Source: Collinsella aerofaciens
GTDB taxonomy: Bacteria > Actinomycetota > Coriobacteriia > Coriobacteriales > Coriobacteriaceae
Direction: 5' to 3'
Assembly: GCA_905213325.1 (NCBI GenBank)
Contig: CAJMHW010000004.1
Location: 2,455-66,454 of the forward strand
Length of the DNA: 64,000 bases
Shown here piece by piece: positions 34,023 through 46,444 of the stretch. The notes below the pieces were generated by a model. The model saw only the letters and a program-made list of their open reading frames with translations, was not told where the DNA came from and did no database searches. The first letter of the stretch is position 1; each line of letters opens with the position of its first letter. The translations under genes were made by a program, and so were the position numbers.

Positions 34023-35108
34023 ATGCACATTCCAGATAACTACCTGTCCCCGCAGACCGATGCCGTTATGGCGGTGGCGATGGTGCCCGTTTGGGTCCAT
34101 TGCATCAAAAAGGTACGCGCCACGCTCGATCGCGAGCACATGGCTTTCCTGGGCATCTGCGCTGCGTTCTCCTTCTTGCTCATGATGTTTAACGTGCCGC
34201 TGCCCGGCGGCACCACGGGTCACGCCGTCGGCGGTGCACTCATCGCGCTGCTGCTGGGCCCCGAGGCCGCGGCCATTGCGGTTTCGGTCGCACTGGCACT
34301 GCAGGCGCTGCTGTTTGGCGACGGCGGCATCCTGTCCTTTGGAGCCAACTGCTTTAACATGGCATTTGTGCTGCCGTTTGTGGCAGCCATCGTGTTCCGT
34401 GCGCTCAACGGCCGCCTGCACGACAAGAGCTGGGGCACTTCGGTTTCTGCCATCGTGAGCGGCTGGATCGGCTTGTGCGTGGCTGCCCTGTGCGCTGCCA
34501 TCGAGTTCGGCATTCAGCCGATGCTCTTCACCAACGCCTCGGGTGCCCCGCTATACTGCCCCTTCCCGCTGTCTGTTTCCATTCCGGCCATGTTGATTCC
34601 GCACATGCTGGTAGCCGGTGTGGTCGAGGGCGTGGCGACTGCCGCGATCTACGGCTTTATCAAGAAGACGGCGCCGGGCGTTATCGTCGGCCCCGAAGCC
34701 GCCGATGGACAGCTTACTGCCGAGGGCGCAGCCGCCAAGAAGACCTCGCTGGTCCCCACGCTCATCCTGGTCGCCGTGCTTGTCGTGGCCACGCCGCTGG
34801 GCCTGCTGGCCACGGGTGACGCATGGGGCGAGTGGGACGCCGAGGGCGCCGCGACCGCCGTTCAGGAGGCTGGTGACGACAGTCTGCAGACTTCGGTTGG
34901 CCTCGATACTCCGACCTTTGCCGATGTCCTGCCCACGGGCGATTATCTGCAGGCCTATTCCGAGGAGCAGGGCCTTGACTTTGCCGGTCAGGCTGCCATG
35001 TATATCCTGTCCGGCGTGATTGGCGTGGCGGTGCTCACCATCGCATTCCGCCTGATCTCGCTGACGGTTAAGGAAAGCGGTGCTCATGGCAATAGCCGAG
35101 CTGCCTAG
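34023..35108 (+). CDS. cbiM: ECF-type cobalt/nickel transporter CbiM/NikM-family protein with a C-terminal extension
   Basis: MHIPDNYLSP.. and PLPGGTTGHAVGGALIA are the CbiM signature. There is an extra ~130-aa tail with one terminal TM segment. Confidence 0.8.
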   Translation: MHIPDNYLSPQTDAVMAVAMVPVWVHCIKKVRATLDREHMAFLGICAAFSFLLMMFNVPLPGGTTGHAVGGALIALLLGPEAAAIAVSVALALQALLFGDGGILSFGANCFNMAFVLPFVAAIVFRALNGRLHDKSWGTSVSAIVSGWIGLCVAALCAAIEFGIQPMLFTNASGAPLYCPFPLSVSIPAMLIPHMLVAGVVEGVATAAIYGFIKKTAPGVIVGPEAADGQLTAEGAAAKKTSLVPTLILVAVLVVATPLGLLATGDAWGEWDAEGAATAVQEAGDDSLQTSVGLDTPTFADVLPTGDYLQAYSEEQGLDFAGQAAMYILSGVIGVAVLTIAFRLISLTVKESGAHGNSRAA

Positions 35109-35922
35109 CTGGCTTGCGGCCGAGGAGCGATATGAGCCCGTGGGGGCTCGGCATCGTGTGATGCAAAAGAATGTCCTGCACCTGGCGAGCCTGCTTGAGC
35201 GGGTTCGCCTGGGTGGAGGCGCGCACGAGGGCGGGTCGATGGTCGACCGCGCCCTTTCTTGCGTTTCGGCTCCGGTGCGCCTGGTGGGGATGTTCGTTTG
35301 CGTCCTGTGCGTGTGTCTGACGCAGAGCCCTCTGTACCTCATGTTGATGGCGGCTATCGCGCTGGTGCTCGTTGCCGTGCGCCCCGTACGCGGGCTGCGG
35401 GCAACCTTTGTGCCGGCGCTTGGCGCTGCAGGGCTCGCGGTGGTTCTGGTACTGCTCGCCTTGCTGCTGGACACTTCTGCCGCGGGCGCCATGCTCAAGA
35501 TCGCGCTCAAGACGTTTATTAATGTGTCGCTGGTGCTGGGTGTTTCGTGGACGCTCACCTGGAGCCGCATGTCGGCGGCGCTCAAAATGCTGCACCTGCC
35601 CGACGAGGTTATCTTTACGTTTGATATGGCGCTCAAGCATATTGAGGTGCTGGGACGCACGGCGCACGATCTGTGCGAATCGGTCATGCTGCGCAGCGTC
35701 GGTTCCGCGCCTGCGGGTTTTTCGCGCACCGATTCGCTGGCGGGTATCATGGGCATGACGTTTATCAAGGCGATGGAATGCAGCCGCGCGATGGACGAGG
35801 CCATGCTGTGTCGCGGCTTCGCCGGCGTGTATCCGGCGCTTGCACGGAGCGGCTTTGGCTGGCACGATGCGGTTTACGCGGCCGTTGTGGCGTTGCTCGC
35901 CGTGTTGTGCGCGGTGCTGTAG
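35086..35922 (+). CDS. cbiQ: ECF transporter transmembrane (T) component, CbiQ family
   Basis: Membrane ORF overlapping the cbiM end, with RBS AAGGAAAG before ATG 35086 and followed by the ATPase gene. Confidence 0.7.
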   Translation: MAIAELPSWLAAEERYEPVGARHRVMQKNVLHLASLLERVRLGGGAHEGGSMVDRALSCVSAPVRLVGMFVCVLCVCLTQSPLYLMLMAAIALVLVAVRPVRGLRATFVPALGAAGLAVVLVLLALLLDTSAAGAMLKIALKTFINVSLVLGVSWTLTWSRMSAALKMLHLPDEVIFTFDMALKHIEVLGRTAHDLCESVMLRSVGSAPAGFSRTDSLAGIMGMTFIKAMECSRAMDEAMLCRGFAGVYPALARSGFGWHDAVYAAVVALLAVLCAVL

Positions 35923-35966
35923 CGCGGACGGTCGAACCGTTGATGTGAGTAGGGAAGGGCGACGTT

Positions 35967-36737
35967 TTGGCAAACGATACGAATAACGCGATGGGTGCGA
36001 GCGGTGCTGCCGGCGCCGAGGTCACGCCGCTCATCGAGTTTCGCGACGTGGTGTTTTCCTATGCGGGTCATACGGTGGTCGATGGCGTTTCATTGCAGGT
36101 GAACCGTGGAGAGCTCGTTGCTCTGCTTGGTCCTAACGGCTGCGGCAAGACGACGATTATGCGTCTTATCAACGGCCTTGAGCTTGCGGACGCGGGTGCG
36201 TACCTGTTCGACGGGCATGCGGTCGATGCGGCGTTTCTAAAGGATTCTGCGGCCGCTCAGCGTTTTCATCAGCGCGTGGGCTTTGTGTTCCAGAATGCCG
36301 ACGCCCAGCTGTTCTGCGCTACGGTGGGCGAGGAAGTTGCTTTTGGTCCCGCGCAGATGGGGCTGCCGGCAGACGAGCTCGAGCGCCGCGTGCGCGATGC
36401 CATGGAGCTGTTCCAGGTTGCCGACCTTGTCGACGTCTCTCCCTATCAGCTCTCGGGCGGGCAAAAGAAGCGTGTGGCGCTGGCGGCAGTTGTATCGATG
36501 AACCCCGATATCCTAGTGCTCGATGAGCCCACCAATGGGCTCGACGAGGATTCATGCGACATCGTGGTCAACTTCTTGCTGGCCTACGTCGCGGCGGGTA
36601 AGACGGTCTTGATGAGCACGCATCACCAGGATTTGGTGCGACGCCTGGGTGCCCGTGCAATCTATATCGATCGATATCACCATGTGGTCGAGGCGCCTTC
36701 GCCGTCGTATGGAACCGAAAGCGGTACTACGGACTAG
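35967..36737 (+). CDS. cbiO: ECF transporter ATP-binding component (CbiO family)
   Basis: Walker A GPNGCGKTT, signature LSGGQKKRVALA, Walker B ILVLDEP. TTG 35967 follows AGGGAAGGG; ATG 35991 is an alternative start. Confidence 0.85.
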   Translation: MANDTNNAMGASGAAGAEVTPLIEFRDVVFSYAGHTVVDGVSLQVNRGELVALLGPNGCGKTTIMRLINGLELADAGAYLFDGHAVDAAFLKDSAAAQRFHQRVGFVFQNADAQLFCATVGEEVAFGPAQMGLPADELERRVRDAMELFQVADLVDVSPYQLSGGQKKRVALAAVVSMNPDILVLDEPTNGLDEDSCDIVVNFLLAYVAAGKTVLMSTHHQDLVRRLGARAIYIDRYHHVVEAPSPSYGTESGTTD

Positions 36738-36805
36738 TTGCTGCGTAGAGCGTGCGTAGCCGCCCGCGCGGCTTTGCCGTGATGGTATAGTTATCCAGGT
36801 TTTTT

Positions 36806-37666
36806 ATGGGGGTGGCTATGCCAAGTTGGAACATTCATATCGCTCAGACGGAGCGTTTGCTGGAGCGCACCGGTGCACTTGCCAATAGCGTGCGCGACCG
36901 CAATGCCTTTTTGTTTGGCTGCGTGGTTCCGGATATTTTCGTGGGCTATATGGTCCCTGGCATCGCCGATCCCATCCCGTACCGCATTACGCACTTTGCC
37001 AAGCCCGAGCCTATCCCTAAGCCGCGTGAGCACGAGTTCTGGGATACCTATGTGGCACCGTTGCTTAAAAGTTCGCCCACCGGTGCGCCAGCCGCGGCGA
37101 CCTCGATTATCGAGGAGCGCGAGCGACTGAATCGCGTGCACTATCCCCAGCGCTACAGGGATGCTGAGCCGGTTGTCGGTCCCGGCGCTCGTGAGTTCTC
37201 GCTTGCGTCCGAAGATGTGGCGCAGTCGTTGCTCGATTTGACACTGGGTGTCTGGTCGCATCTGGTGGCCGATACCGTATGGAATACGCGCGTGAATCAG
37301 TACCTGGAGGCGCACGGCGGCAAGCCGTGCGAGGAGTTCCGCATTAAAAAGCAAGGCGACTTTGACTGGTTTGGCAAGACGCTGGGCATCGTTTCCATCC
37401 CGCGTGCGACCGATCGCCTGTATACCGCTGCGACGTGTTTTGGGCAGTATCCCATCCATAAGGAGTATGTGCTCAAGACCATCGGCGTCATGCACGAGAT
37501 CGTGCGCGAAAACCCCGGCGAGCCCGATCATCCGCCGTATCGCTTGCTAACCGAGGAGTTTTTCGATGCAACGTTTACCGAGGTCGTCGAGCTGACCGAG
37601 GCGGGCTTTGCGGCTCGCGTTGCTGCTTCTGACGTTCCCGCAGTCCCCCTGATCGCTAGCTGCTAG
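36806..37666 (+). CDS. Hypothetical protein, possibly a zinc-dependent phospholipase C-like fold
   Basis: The N-terminus MPSWNIHIAQTE.. resembles the W-x-x-H start of Zn-PLC-like proteins. No other motif was recognised. Confidence 0.35.
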   Translation: MGVAMPSWNIHIAQTERLLERTGALANSVRDRNAFLFGCVVPDIFVGYMVPGIADPIPYRITHFAKPEPIPKPREHEFWDTYVAPLLKSSPTGAPAAATSIIEERERLNRVHYPQRYRDAEPVVGPGAREFSLASEDVAQSLLDLTLGVWSHLVADTVWNTRVNQYLEAHGGKPCEEFRIKKQGDFDWFGKTLGIVSIPRATDRLYTAATCFGQYPIHKEYVLKTIGVMHEIVRENPGEPDHPPYRLLTEEFFDATFTEVVELTEAGFAARVAASDVPAVPLIASC

Positions 37667-37803
37667 CCGGCCGGCTTAACGGAGAACAGTTCATCCCAAT
37701 TGACCAACAGCTCCCGCCGCAGGGCATCTTCGGTGGTACGCTCGGCATCGGAAAGGTTCGCGACTGATCACAAATCGATGAAGCGGCATATGAAGTAGGT
37801 CCT

Positions 37804-37841
37804 AAAAAAGGGCCCGGAAGGCAAAGCCTTCCGGGCCCTTT
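37804..37841 (-). terminator. Rho-independent terminator of pyk
   Basis: GGGCCCGGAAGG/CCTTCCGGGCCC stem, followed by TTTTTT on the minus strand. Confidence 0.8.
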
Positions 37842-37869
37842 GCAATGCAAGTGTGCTTGCAAGTGCGAT

Positions 37870-39330
37870 TTAGCGCACCTGAGCGACGTAAGCGACGTTG
37901 GTCGAGGAGACCTTGTCCTCGAGCTGGACGCTCATGCGGGGATCGCCGGCGGTGGCGACGGTCAGATCGCCGGCCTCGACGTAGCCGAGCTCCTTAGCGG
38001 TCTCGATCGCCTTGACGATCGTGCCGTTGACGGTGCCCTGGGTAATCTCGGCCTGGTGCGGGATAACGCCCCAGTACATAATCATTTGCTGGACGGCCCA
38101 CTCGTGGCGGGAGAACGCGCAGATCGGCATGTTGGGACGGAAGTGCGAGATCAGGCGAGCGGTACGACCGGTGGTCGTCGGCACGGTGATGCACTTGGCG
38201 CCAACGGTGGTAGCCATGTTCACAGCGGACATACCCACAACGTTGTTGACGACGCGGGTGCCGTGAGCATCGGCCGGAACCTCGAGCGGAGCGTGAGCCG
38301 GGAGGTACTTCTCGGTCTCGAGAGCAATGCTGGCCTGCATCTTGACGGCCTCGACCGGGTACTTACCGGCAGCGGACTCGCCGGACAGCATAACGGCGTC
38401 GGTGCCGTCGTAAATGGCGTTAGCAACGTCGGCAACCTCGGCGCGCGTCGGGCGCGGGTTCTGCTGCATGGAGTCGAGCATCTGCGTAGCGGTGATAACG
38501 GGCTTGTAGGCCGCGTTGCACTTGGCGATGATCTCCTTCTGGATGTGCGGAACGAGCTCGGGCTTGATCTCGATGCCCAGGTCGCCACGGGCGACCATGA
38601 TGCCGTCGGAAGCCTCGAGGATCTCGTCGAAGTTCTCGACGCCCAGGGCGCACTCGATCTTCGGGAAGATCGTCACGTGCTCGCCACCGTTCTCGCGGCA
38701 AAGCTCGCGGATGCCGCGGACGGACTCGCCGTCACGGATGAAGGAAGTGGCGATGTAGTCGATGTTCTCGGTCAGGCCAAAGAGGATGTCCTGACGATCG
38801 CGCTCGGTGATGGCGGGCAGAGAGATGTTGACGTTGGGCATGTTGACGCCCTTGCGCTCGCCGATCAGGCCGTCGTTCTTAACGACGCAGGTCATGTCCT
38901 GGCCGTCGACGGACTCGACCTCGAGGGCAACCAGGCCGTCATCGATCAGGATGAGGGAGCCCTTCTCGACCTCGGAGGGCAGGGCCAGGTAGTCGAGGGA
39001 GATGTGCTCAGCGGTGCCGTGGAAATCCTCGGACGTGGGCTGAGCGGTGACGACGATCTTGTCGCCGGTCTTGACGGCAACCTTCTTGCCGTCGACCAGA
39101 AGGCCGGTGCGGACCTCGGGGCCCTTGGTGTCGAGCAGGATGCCGACGGGCAGACCGAGCTCCTTGGAAATACGACGGACGCGCTCGATGCGACCGTGGT
39201 GCTCGTCGTAGGATCCGTGCGAGAAGTTAAAACGGGCGACGTTCATGCCCGCCTTGATCATCTCACGGATGGTCTCGTCGCTATCGCAGGCGGGACCCAT
39301 GGTGCATACAATCTTAGTGCGCTTGTACAT
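37870..39330 (-). CDS. pyk: Pyruvate kinase
   Basis: MYKRTKIVCTMGPA..MNVARFNFSHG.. canonical sequence. 486 aa. Confidence 0.95.
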   Translation of the reverse strand: MYKRTKIVCTMGPACDSDETIREMIKAGMNVARFNFSHGSYDEHHGRIERVRRISKELGLPVGILLDTKGPEVRTGLLVDGKKVAVKTGDKIVVTAQPTSEDFHGTAEHISLDYLALPSEVEKGSLILIDDGLVALEVESVDGQDMTCVVKNDGLIGERKGVNMPNVNISLPAITERDRQDILFGLTENIDYIATSFIRDGESVRGIRELCRENGGEHVTIFPKIECALGVENFDEILEASDGIMVARGDLGIEIKPELVPHIQKEIIAKCNAAYKPVITATQMLDSMQQNPRPTRAEVADVANAIYDGTDAVMLSGESAAGKYPVEAVKMQASIALETEKYLPAHAPLEVPADAHGTRVVNNVVGMSAVNMATTVGAKCITVPTTTGRTARLISHFRPNMPICAFSRHEWAVQQMIMYWGVIPHQAEITQGTVNGTIVKAIETAKELGYVEAGDLTVATAGDPRMSVQLEDKVSSTNVAYVAQVR

Positions 39331-39708
39331 TCAGACCTCCATCTGACATCGTCTTGCGCTGATAGATAAACCATAAGAAATAAAACTGAGATGATTATAA
39401 CGAAATGACGACCGAATACCCCAAAAAATCGACCGTATGCCGAATTAGAAGTTCATTTTTTGCGGTAAAAACGGTATATGAAAAAACTTTATCAACCGTT
39501 CTGACCGCTGCTATCTGGGCGATATTTCAGTTTGAAGATGCGCCGAAGAAAAAACGTTTTATCAATGTTGAGCATCACACGGTCTGCATCGTTGCACTCG
39601 AGCCGTGTTTCCAATTGGAATGTTTTGGCTAGACGCGCCGCTTTGGGGTACCATAGCCCCACTATCAACTGCCGCTCAGCACGGCAGCCTTGATGAGCCC
39701 TTGCCCTT

Positions 39709-39762
39709 CTCCTGGGAATTATGATCGGGCATCAATCTGCTGAGTGGCCCGAATCCCAGGAG
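39709..39762 (+). promoter_or_regulatory. 5' leader hairpin pairing CTCCTGGGA with TCCCAGGAG (part of the RBS) ahead of the P-type ATPase gene
   Basis: A 9-bp perfect stem between 39709-39717 and 39754-39762. The AGGAGG RBS is at 39759-39764 and the ATG at 39773. Confidence 0.3.
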
Positions 39763-39772
39763 GGGACTCTAT

Positions 39773-42454
<2,682 letters not shown>

Positions 42455-42619
42455 CGTACCTGTCCGGGCCCTACCGCCTGCGGGGTTTCCACGGGCACGT
42501 CCTCGCCGCTTTGCGGCTGCGGGATGTGCCCTTAGGAAACCCCTCCCGGCGGGCGGGCCCTGCGGTATCCTTGCTGGCTTTTCTCCCGTGCGGATGAAAA
42601 GGGCTGAGGGAAAGTTTGT

Positions 42620-42654
42620 GAGCTGGTCGGGCTTTGCCCGGCCAGCTCTTTTTG
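42620..42654 (+). terminator. Rho-independent terminator after ATPase gene
   Basis: GAGCTGGTCGGG/CCCGGCCAGCTC stem followed by TTTTT. Confidence 0.75.
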
Positions 42655-42701
42655 ATTTAAAATACCTGCTCAGTTGTGATTTGTGGTGCTGGGAGGCGTT
42701 T

Positions 42702-43886
42702 GTGGGCAAGGCTAAGGCGAAGGCGAAGAAAAAGACGACGGGGGCGCGGGCTAAGCGCGATCGTCGTCGGAAGCTTGCGACCGAGGCCCCCGCATCTGCC
42801 GAGGAGCTGCTGGCAAACGTGCCGGGACTCGACGCGCTGCAGGATGTTCCGGCGTTCGATGACCTGCCGGTCGATGAAGCTCAGCAGGCGGCATTTGACG
42901 ACTTTTGCGCACATGCCGAGGAGCCCGAGCAGATGCAGCTTGGCGCCGTGGTGCGCTTGGATCGCGGGTTTCCGCTGGTGGCGACTGCCGACGACACCTT
43001 TCGCGCCGAGCATGCCGTGGGGTTTGCCAAGTCGCGCGGCGAGGACGAGGTCCTGCTGCCTGCCGTGGGCGACCGTGTGGCGGTGCGCCGCGCTCCCGGG
43101 CACGATATGGGCGTGATTGAGTGCGTGCTGCCGCGCCGTACGAGCTTTGAGCGTTGGCGCGGCCGTGCCCGCGGAGAGCGTCAGGTGCTCTGCTCCAACG
43201 TGGATAGCGTGCTAATCGTGCAGGCGCTCGGTGCCGGTGAGGTGCTGCTCGACCGCGTGGCGCGCTCGCTGGTGTTGGCGCTCGACTGCGATGCCGAGCC
43301 GGTGGTGGTGCTCACCAAAGCTGACCGCTGCGATGCCGAGGAGCTCGAGCGCGATCTGGACCGCGTGCGCCGCCTGGTGGGTCCGGACGTGCGCGTGATC
43401 GTGACGTCCTCTGCCGAGGGCCGCGGCCTGGACGAGGTCCGTGCCTGCGTGCCTGCCGGGAGCTGCGCCATGATTCTGGGCGAGTCGGGTGCCGGCAAGT
43501 CGACGCTGCTCAATGCACTGCTGGGCCACGATACGTTGGCGACCGGCGGTGTGCGCGAACGCGACGACCAGGGCCGTCACACTACCGTCGCGCGCGTGAT
43601 GGTGGCGCTGCCGGGCGACGCCGGCGTGATCGCCGATGCCCCGGGCCTGCGCAGTCTACCGCTCGTGGGTCACGAGCGGGGTCTGGCGCGCGCCTTCCCC
43701 GAGATTGTCGAGGCATCGCGCGCGTGCCGGTTTGGCGATTGCACACATACTCATGAGCCGGGCTGCGCCGTTCGCGAGGCCGAGGACGCCGGGCAGATCG
43801 ACAGCCTGCGGCTGGAAACGTTCCAAAACCTGGCGTCATCCATGCGCGTGAGCGCTCAAATACTCGATCCCGATGTTCATCTGTAA
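42702..43886 (+). CDS. rsgA: Ribosome small-subunit-dependent GTPase A
   Basis: GESGAGKSTLLNAL, a C-terminal zinc cluster CRFGDCTHTHEPGCAV, and a Lys-rich N-terminus. GTG 42702 follows GGGAGG. Confidence 0.85.
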   Translation: MGKAKAKAKKKTTGARAKRDRRRKLATEAPASAEELLANVPGLDALQDVPAFDDLPVDEAQQAAFDDFCAHAEEPEQMQLGAVVRLDRGFPLVATADDTFRAEHAVGFAKSRGEDEVLLPAVGDRVAVRRAPGHDMGVIECVLPRRTSFERWRGRARGERQVLCSNVDSVLIVQALGAGEVLLDRVARSLVLALDCDAEPVVVLTKADRCDAEELERDLDRVRRLVGPDVRVIVTSSAEGRGLDEVRACVPAGSCAMILGESGAGKSTLLNALLGHDTLATGGVRERDDQGRHTTVARVMVALPGDAGVIADAPGLRSLPLVGHERGLARAFPEIVEASRACRFGDCTHTHEPGCAVREAEDAGQIDSLRLETFQNLASSMRVSAQILDPDVHL

Positions 43887-43903
43887 TTGATTTTTCCTAT
43901 GAC

Positions 43904-43939
43904 AGCCGTTTCCCAACTGTTCGGGAGACGGCTTTTTTG
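43904..43939 (+). terminator. Rho-independent terminator after rsgA
   Basis: AGCCGTTTCCC/GGGAGACGGCT stem followed by TTTTTT. Confidence 0.7.
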
Positions 43940-44123
43940 CTGCGGAAAAGCCTCGAAACATGCAGTTTGCTGACGTGCTGACCAAAACCTTGCCATGAGC
44001 TTGACGGGCTGGTCAGCTTTTGGTCGGCGATTGGTTTGACATCGAAAACCAAGATCGCGATTGCGCCGCTTTGCACTCTGACCGCCCAGACAATGGTGGT
44101 ACGGGCATTCGCCCGGCACTGCC

Positions 44124-44798
44124 ATGAGAGGAGCGGCCGTGAACAAGAGCAAGCGCATCGCCATCAGTCTGGTCGCGGGCGTGCTCGCTGCTCTGCTCTG
44201 CATGGTTTACGGCTCGTCGATCCGCTCGCAAGCCGAACAGGTCCAGGCTGAGATCTTGGCCAAGTACGGTGGCGATCGCGTCGAGGTGTGCGTCGCGGCG
44301 CGCGATATCGATGTGGGCGAGACCCTCGATGAGACCAATGTCATAACTCAGGAATGGCTGGCGAGTCTGTTGCCGCGCGATGCGGTGACCGAGCTGCGCC
44401 AGGTGCGCGGCGACGTGACGACTTCGCGTATTCCCAAAAACGCCGTGATTTGCAATGTCTACACCAAGGCCGAGAGCCACAAGCTCGAGGTGCCTAAGGG
44501 CAAAGTTGCCGTTTCGGTGGCGGTCGATGCCGAGCACTCGGTCGGCGGCGCTACGGGCGTGGGCAGCTATGTGGACGTGTACGTGCAAAAAGATGGCGTG
44601 ACCGATCGACTGTGCGGCGCGTATGTGATCGATACCAGTGAGGATTCCGGTGCCACGCGCGAGGGCAAGATCGAATGGGTGACGCTGGCGGCTGACCCCG
44701 AAGACGTCAAGGAGCTGCTGGGAGCCTCGGGCAAGGGAACGGTCAGCTTGACGATTCCCGCCACGGCGCGCGGCAAAAAGAGCGGAGGCGACGAGTGA
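44124..44798 (+). CDS. cpaB: Flp pilus assembly protein CpaB/RcpC-like (SAF domain)
   Basis: N-terminal TM segment followed by VAARDIDVGETLDETNV (SAF-like). First gene of the tad cluster. GTG 44139 is an alternative start. Confidence 0.75.
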   Translation: MRGAAVNKSKRIAISLVAGVLAALLCMVYGSSIRSQAEQVQAEILAKYGGDRVEVCVAARDIDVGETLDETNVITQEWLASLLPRDAVTELRQVRGDVTTSRIPKNAVICNVYTKAESHKLEVPKGKVAVSVAVDAEHSVGGATGVGSYVDVYVQKDGVTDRLCGAYVIDTSEDSGATREGKIEWVTLAADPEDVKELLGASGKGTVSLTIPATARGKKSGGDE

Positions 44799-46444
44799 TG
44801 AAGGCGATCTGGCTTGCGTGCTGCGCGTGCGGCGATTACGGGCTGTTGCAGCGGGAAGTCGAGGGCCGTGATGCGGGTGCACAGGTGCTTCGCGTGGGTG
44901 ACCTGGACGGGCTGGTTTCCATGGCGCGGGCGTTTCCGTCGCGCCGCGGGGCTGCCATTATCGCGGCGTCTCTGTTTGATACCGAAGATGTGCGCAAGAC
45001 TGTTGCGCGCCTGACGGCCGAAGGCCGCGTGAGTCGCGTGGTCGTGTTGATAGAAGCGCTCGATCCGTCGGATATCGAGGGACTGTTTCGCGCGGGGGCG
45101 ACCGAGGTCATCGCTGCGCACAGTATATGCGGCAACGGGCGCGCGGGCGAGGGAGCGGTTGATTCCGATCGGCGCATGACGATTGAGCCCGATGCTTTTG
45201 TTGATAGGGAACCCGGGGCGCCTCGCGCTACAAGAGGCCCGCGTGTTGATGATTATGGAAAAGCGGAAGCCGAGCATGGTCGGCGCCCCCGGAACCCCCT
45301 TGTATACGATGACGCTGGAGGGCCGGCACAGCATGCTGGCGACTACCCGGCTGTAGATATGGGATACGTGCACGGCGTGAATCTGGCGGATGAACTCGAC
45401 GAAGTTGAGGGCTTTGCCGGGTGCGGCGAGTTGTCGCTGATGCAGCATGAGCAGATTGCACAGAACGAGCCTGCCTTGCAGACCGAACAAGCTGCCATGC
45501 CGGCTTGGACGCAGCGTGTGGTTGCGGCGGGGGAGACGGGGACGCTGTCGCCGACGCCCGCCCCGCCGCCTCCGATGCCGCCGGCAGACGCTGCCGCTCC
45601 GCAGCATCGAGCTCCGGTCATCTGCGCCATTTCGGGTTCGGGCGGTTGCGGCAAGTCGACGATCGTTGCCACCATGGCACACACATCGTCGCTGTTGGGC
45701 TTGCGTGCCGCCGTGCTCGACCTGGACCTGATGTTTGGAAACCTTTACGACTTGTTAGGCGTCGATGCTCCGCGCGATATGGCGGCACTTATCGAGCCGG
45801 CGGCGGGCGCGCTCACCGAGCCGGATATCGTAGCCACATCGATGCGCGTGGCGCCGGGCGTTACGCTCTGGGGTCCCGTCGCGGCTCCCGAGCAAGCCGA
45901 GCTCATGGCACGTCCGGTGGAGCTACTGCTCGATGTCCTGCGTCGCGAATCCGACGTGGTCTTTATCGATACCTCGGTCTTTTGGGGCGACGCCGTGGCG
46001 GCTGCGGTGGCGGCGAGCGACCGCTGCCTGGTCGTTGGCGATGCTGCGGTGTCGTCCGCGACGTCGGCGTCGCGCGTCATTGAACTGGCAAGTCGAGTAG
46101 GTGTGCCGCGCACGCGCATGAGCGCCGTGTTCAACCGGTTCGGTGCGCGCGGGGCAGACGAGGACGTCGCCATGCGCTTTGAGATTGCCTGTGCGTTGAG
46201 CTCCAAGATTCGCATCGCCGATGGCGGGCAGGATCTCGCCGCGCTCATGGCGTTTGGGCGCGCTGATGAGGCAGTGGGGCAGACCAGCGCTTTTGCGACC
46301 AGCGTGCGCGAGGCCACGCGCGAGATGCTCGTGGAACTGGGGTGCGCCGTCGGCCCTTGGAGCGATATGGTCGCCGACCGTGCAACGCGCACCGATCGCC
46401 CGCGTATCCGCCTTCCCTGGTCGCGCGAGGGTGATCAGCGATGA
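44795..46444 (+). CDS. tadZ: TadZ/CpaE-like ParA/MinD-family ATPase with a receiver-like N-domain and a long linker
   Basis: P-loop ISGSGGCGKSTIVA and D-rich Walker B-like LDLDL. Positioned before tadA. 549 aa. Confidence 0.7.
   Translation: MMKAIWLACCACGDYGLLQREVEGRDAGAQVLRVGDLDGLVSMARAFPSRRGAAIIAASLFDTEDVRKTVARLTAEGRVSRVVVLIEALDPSDIEGLFRAGATEVIAAHSICGNGRAGEGAVDSDRRMTIEPDAFVDREPGAPRATRGPRVDDYGKAEAEHGRRPRNPLVYDDAGGPAQHAGDYPAVDMGYVHGVNLADELDEVEGFAGCGELSLMQHEQIAQNEPALQTEQAAMPAWTQRVVAAGETGTLSPTPAPPPPMPPADAAAPQHRAPVICAISGSGGCGKSTIVATMAHTSSLLGLRAAVLDLDLMFGNLYDLLGVDAPRDMAALIEPAAGALTEPDIVATSMRVAPGVTLWGPVAAPEQAELMARPVELLLDVLRRESDVVFIDTSVFWGDAVAAAVAASDRCLVVGDAAVSSATSASRVIELASRVGVPRTRMSAVFNRFGARGADEDVAMRFEIACALSSKIRIADGGQDLAALMAFGRADEAVGQTSAFATSVREATREMLVELGCAVGPWSDMVADRATRTDRPRIRLPWSREGDQR

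Noticed and set aside
39405-39632. 75-aa ORF in the AT-rich pyk/ATPase intergenic region.
   Set aside because: It has no RBS, its composition is atypical for this genome, and it has no motif. It is more likely promoter or leader DNA.
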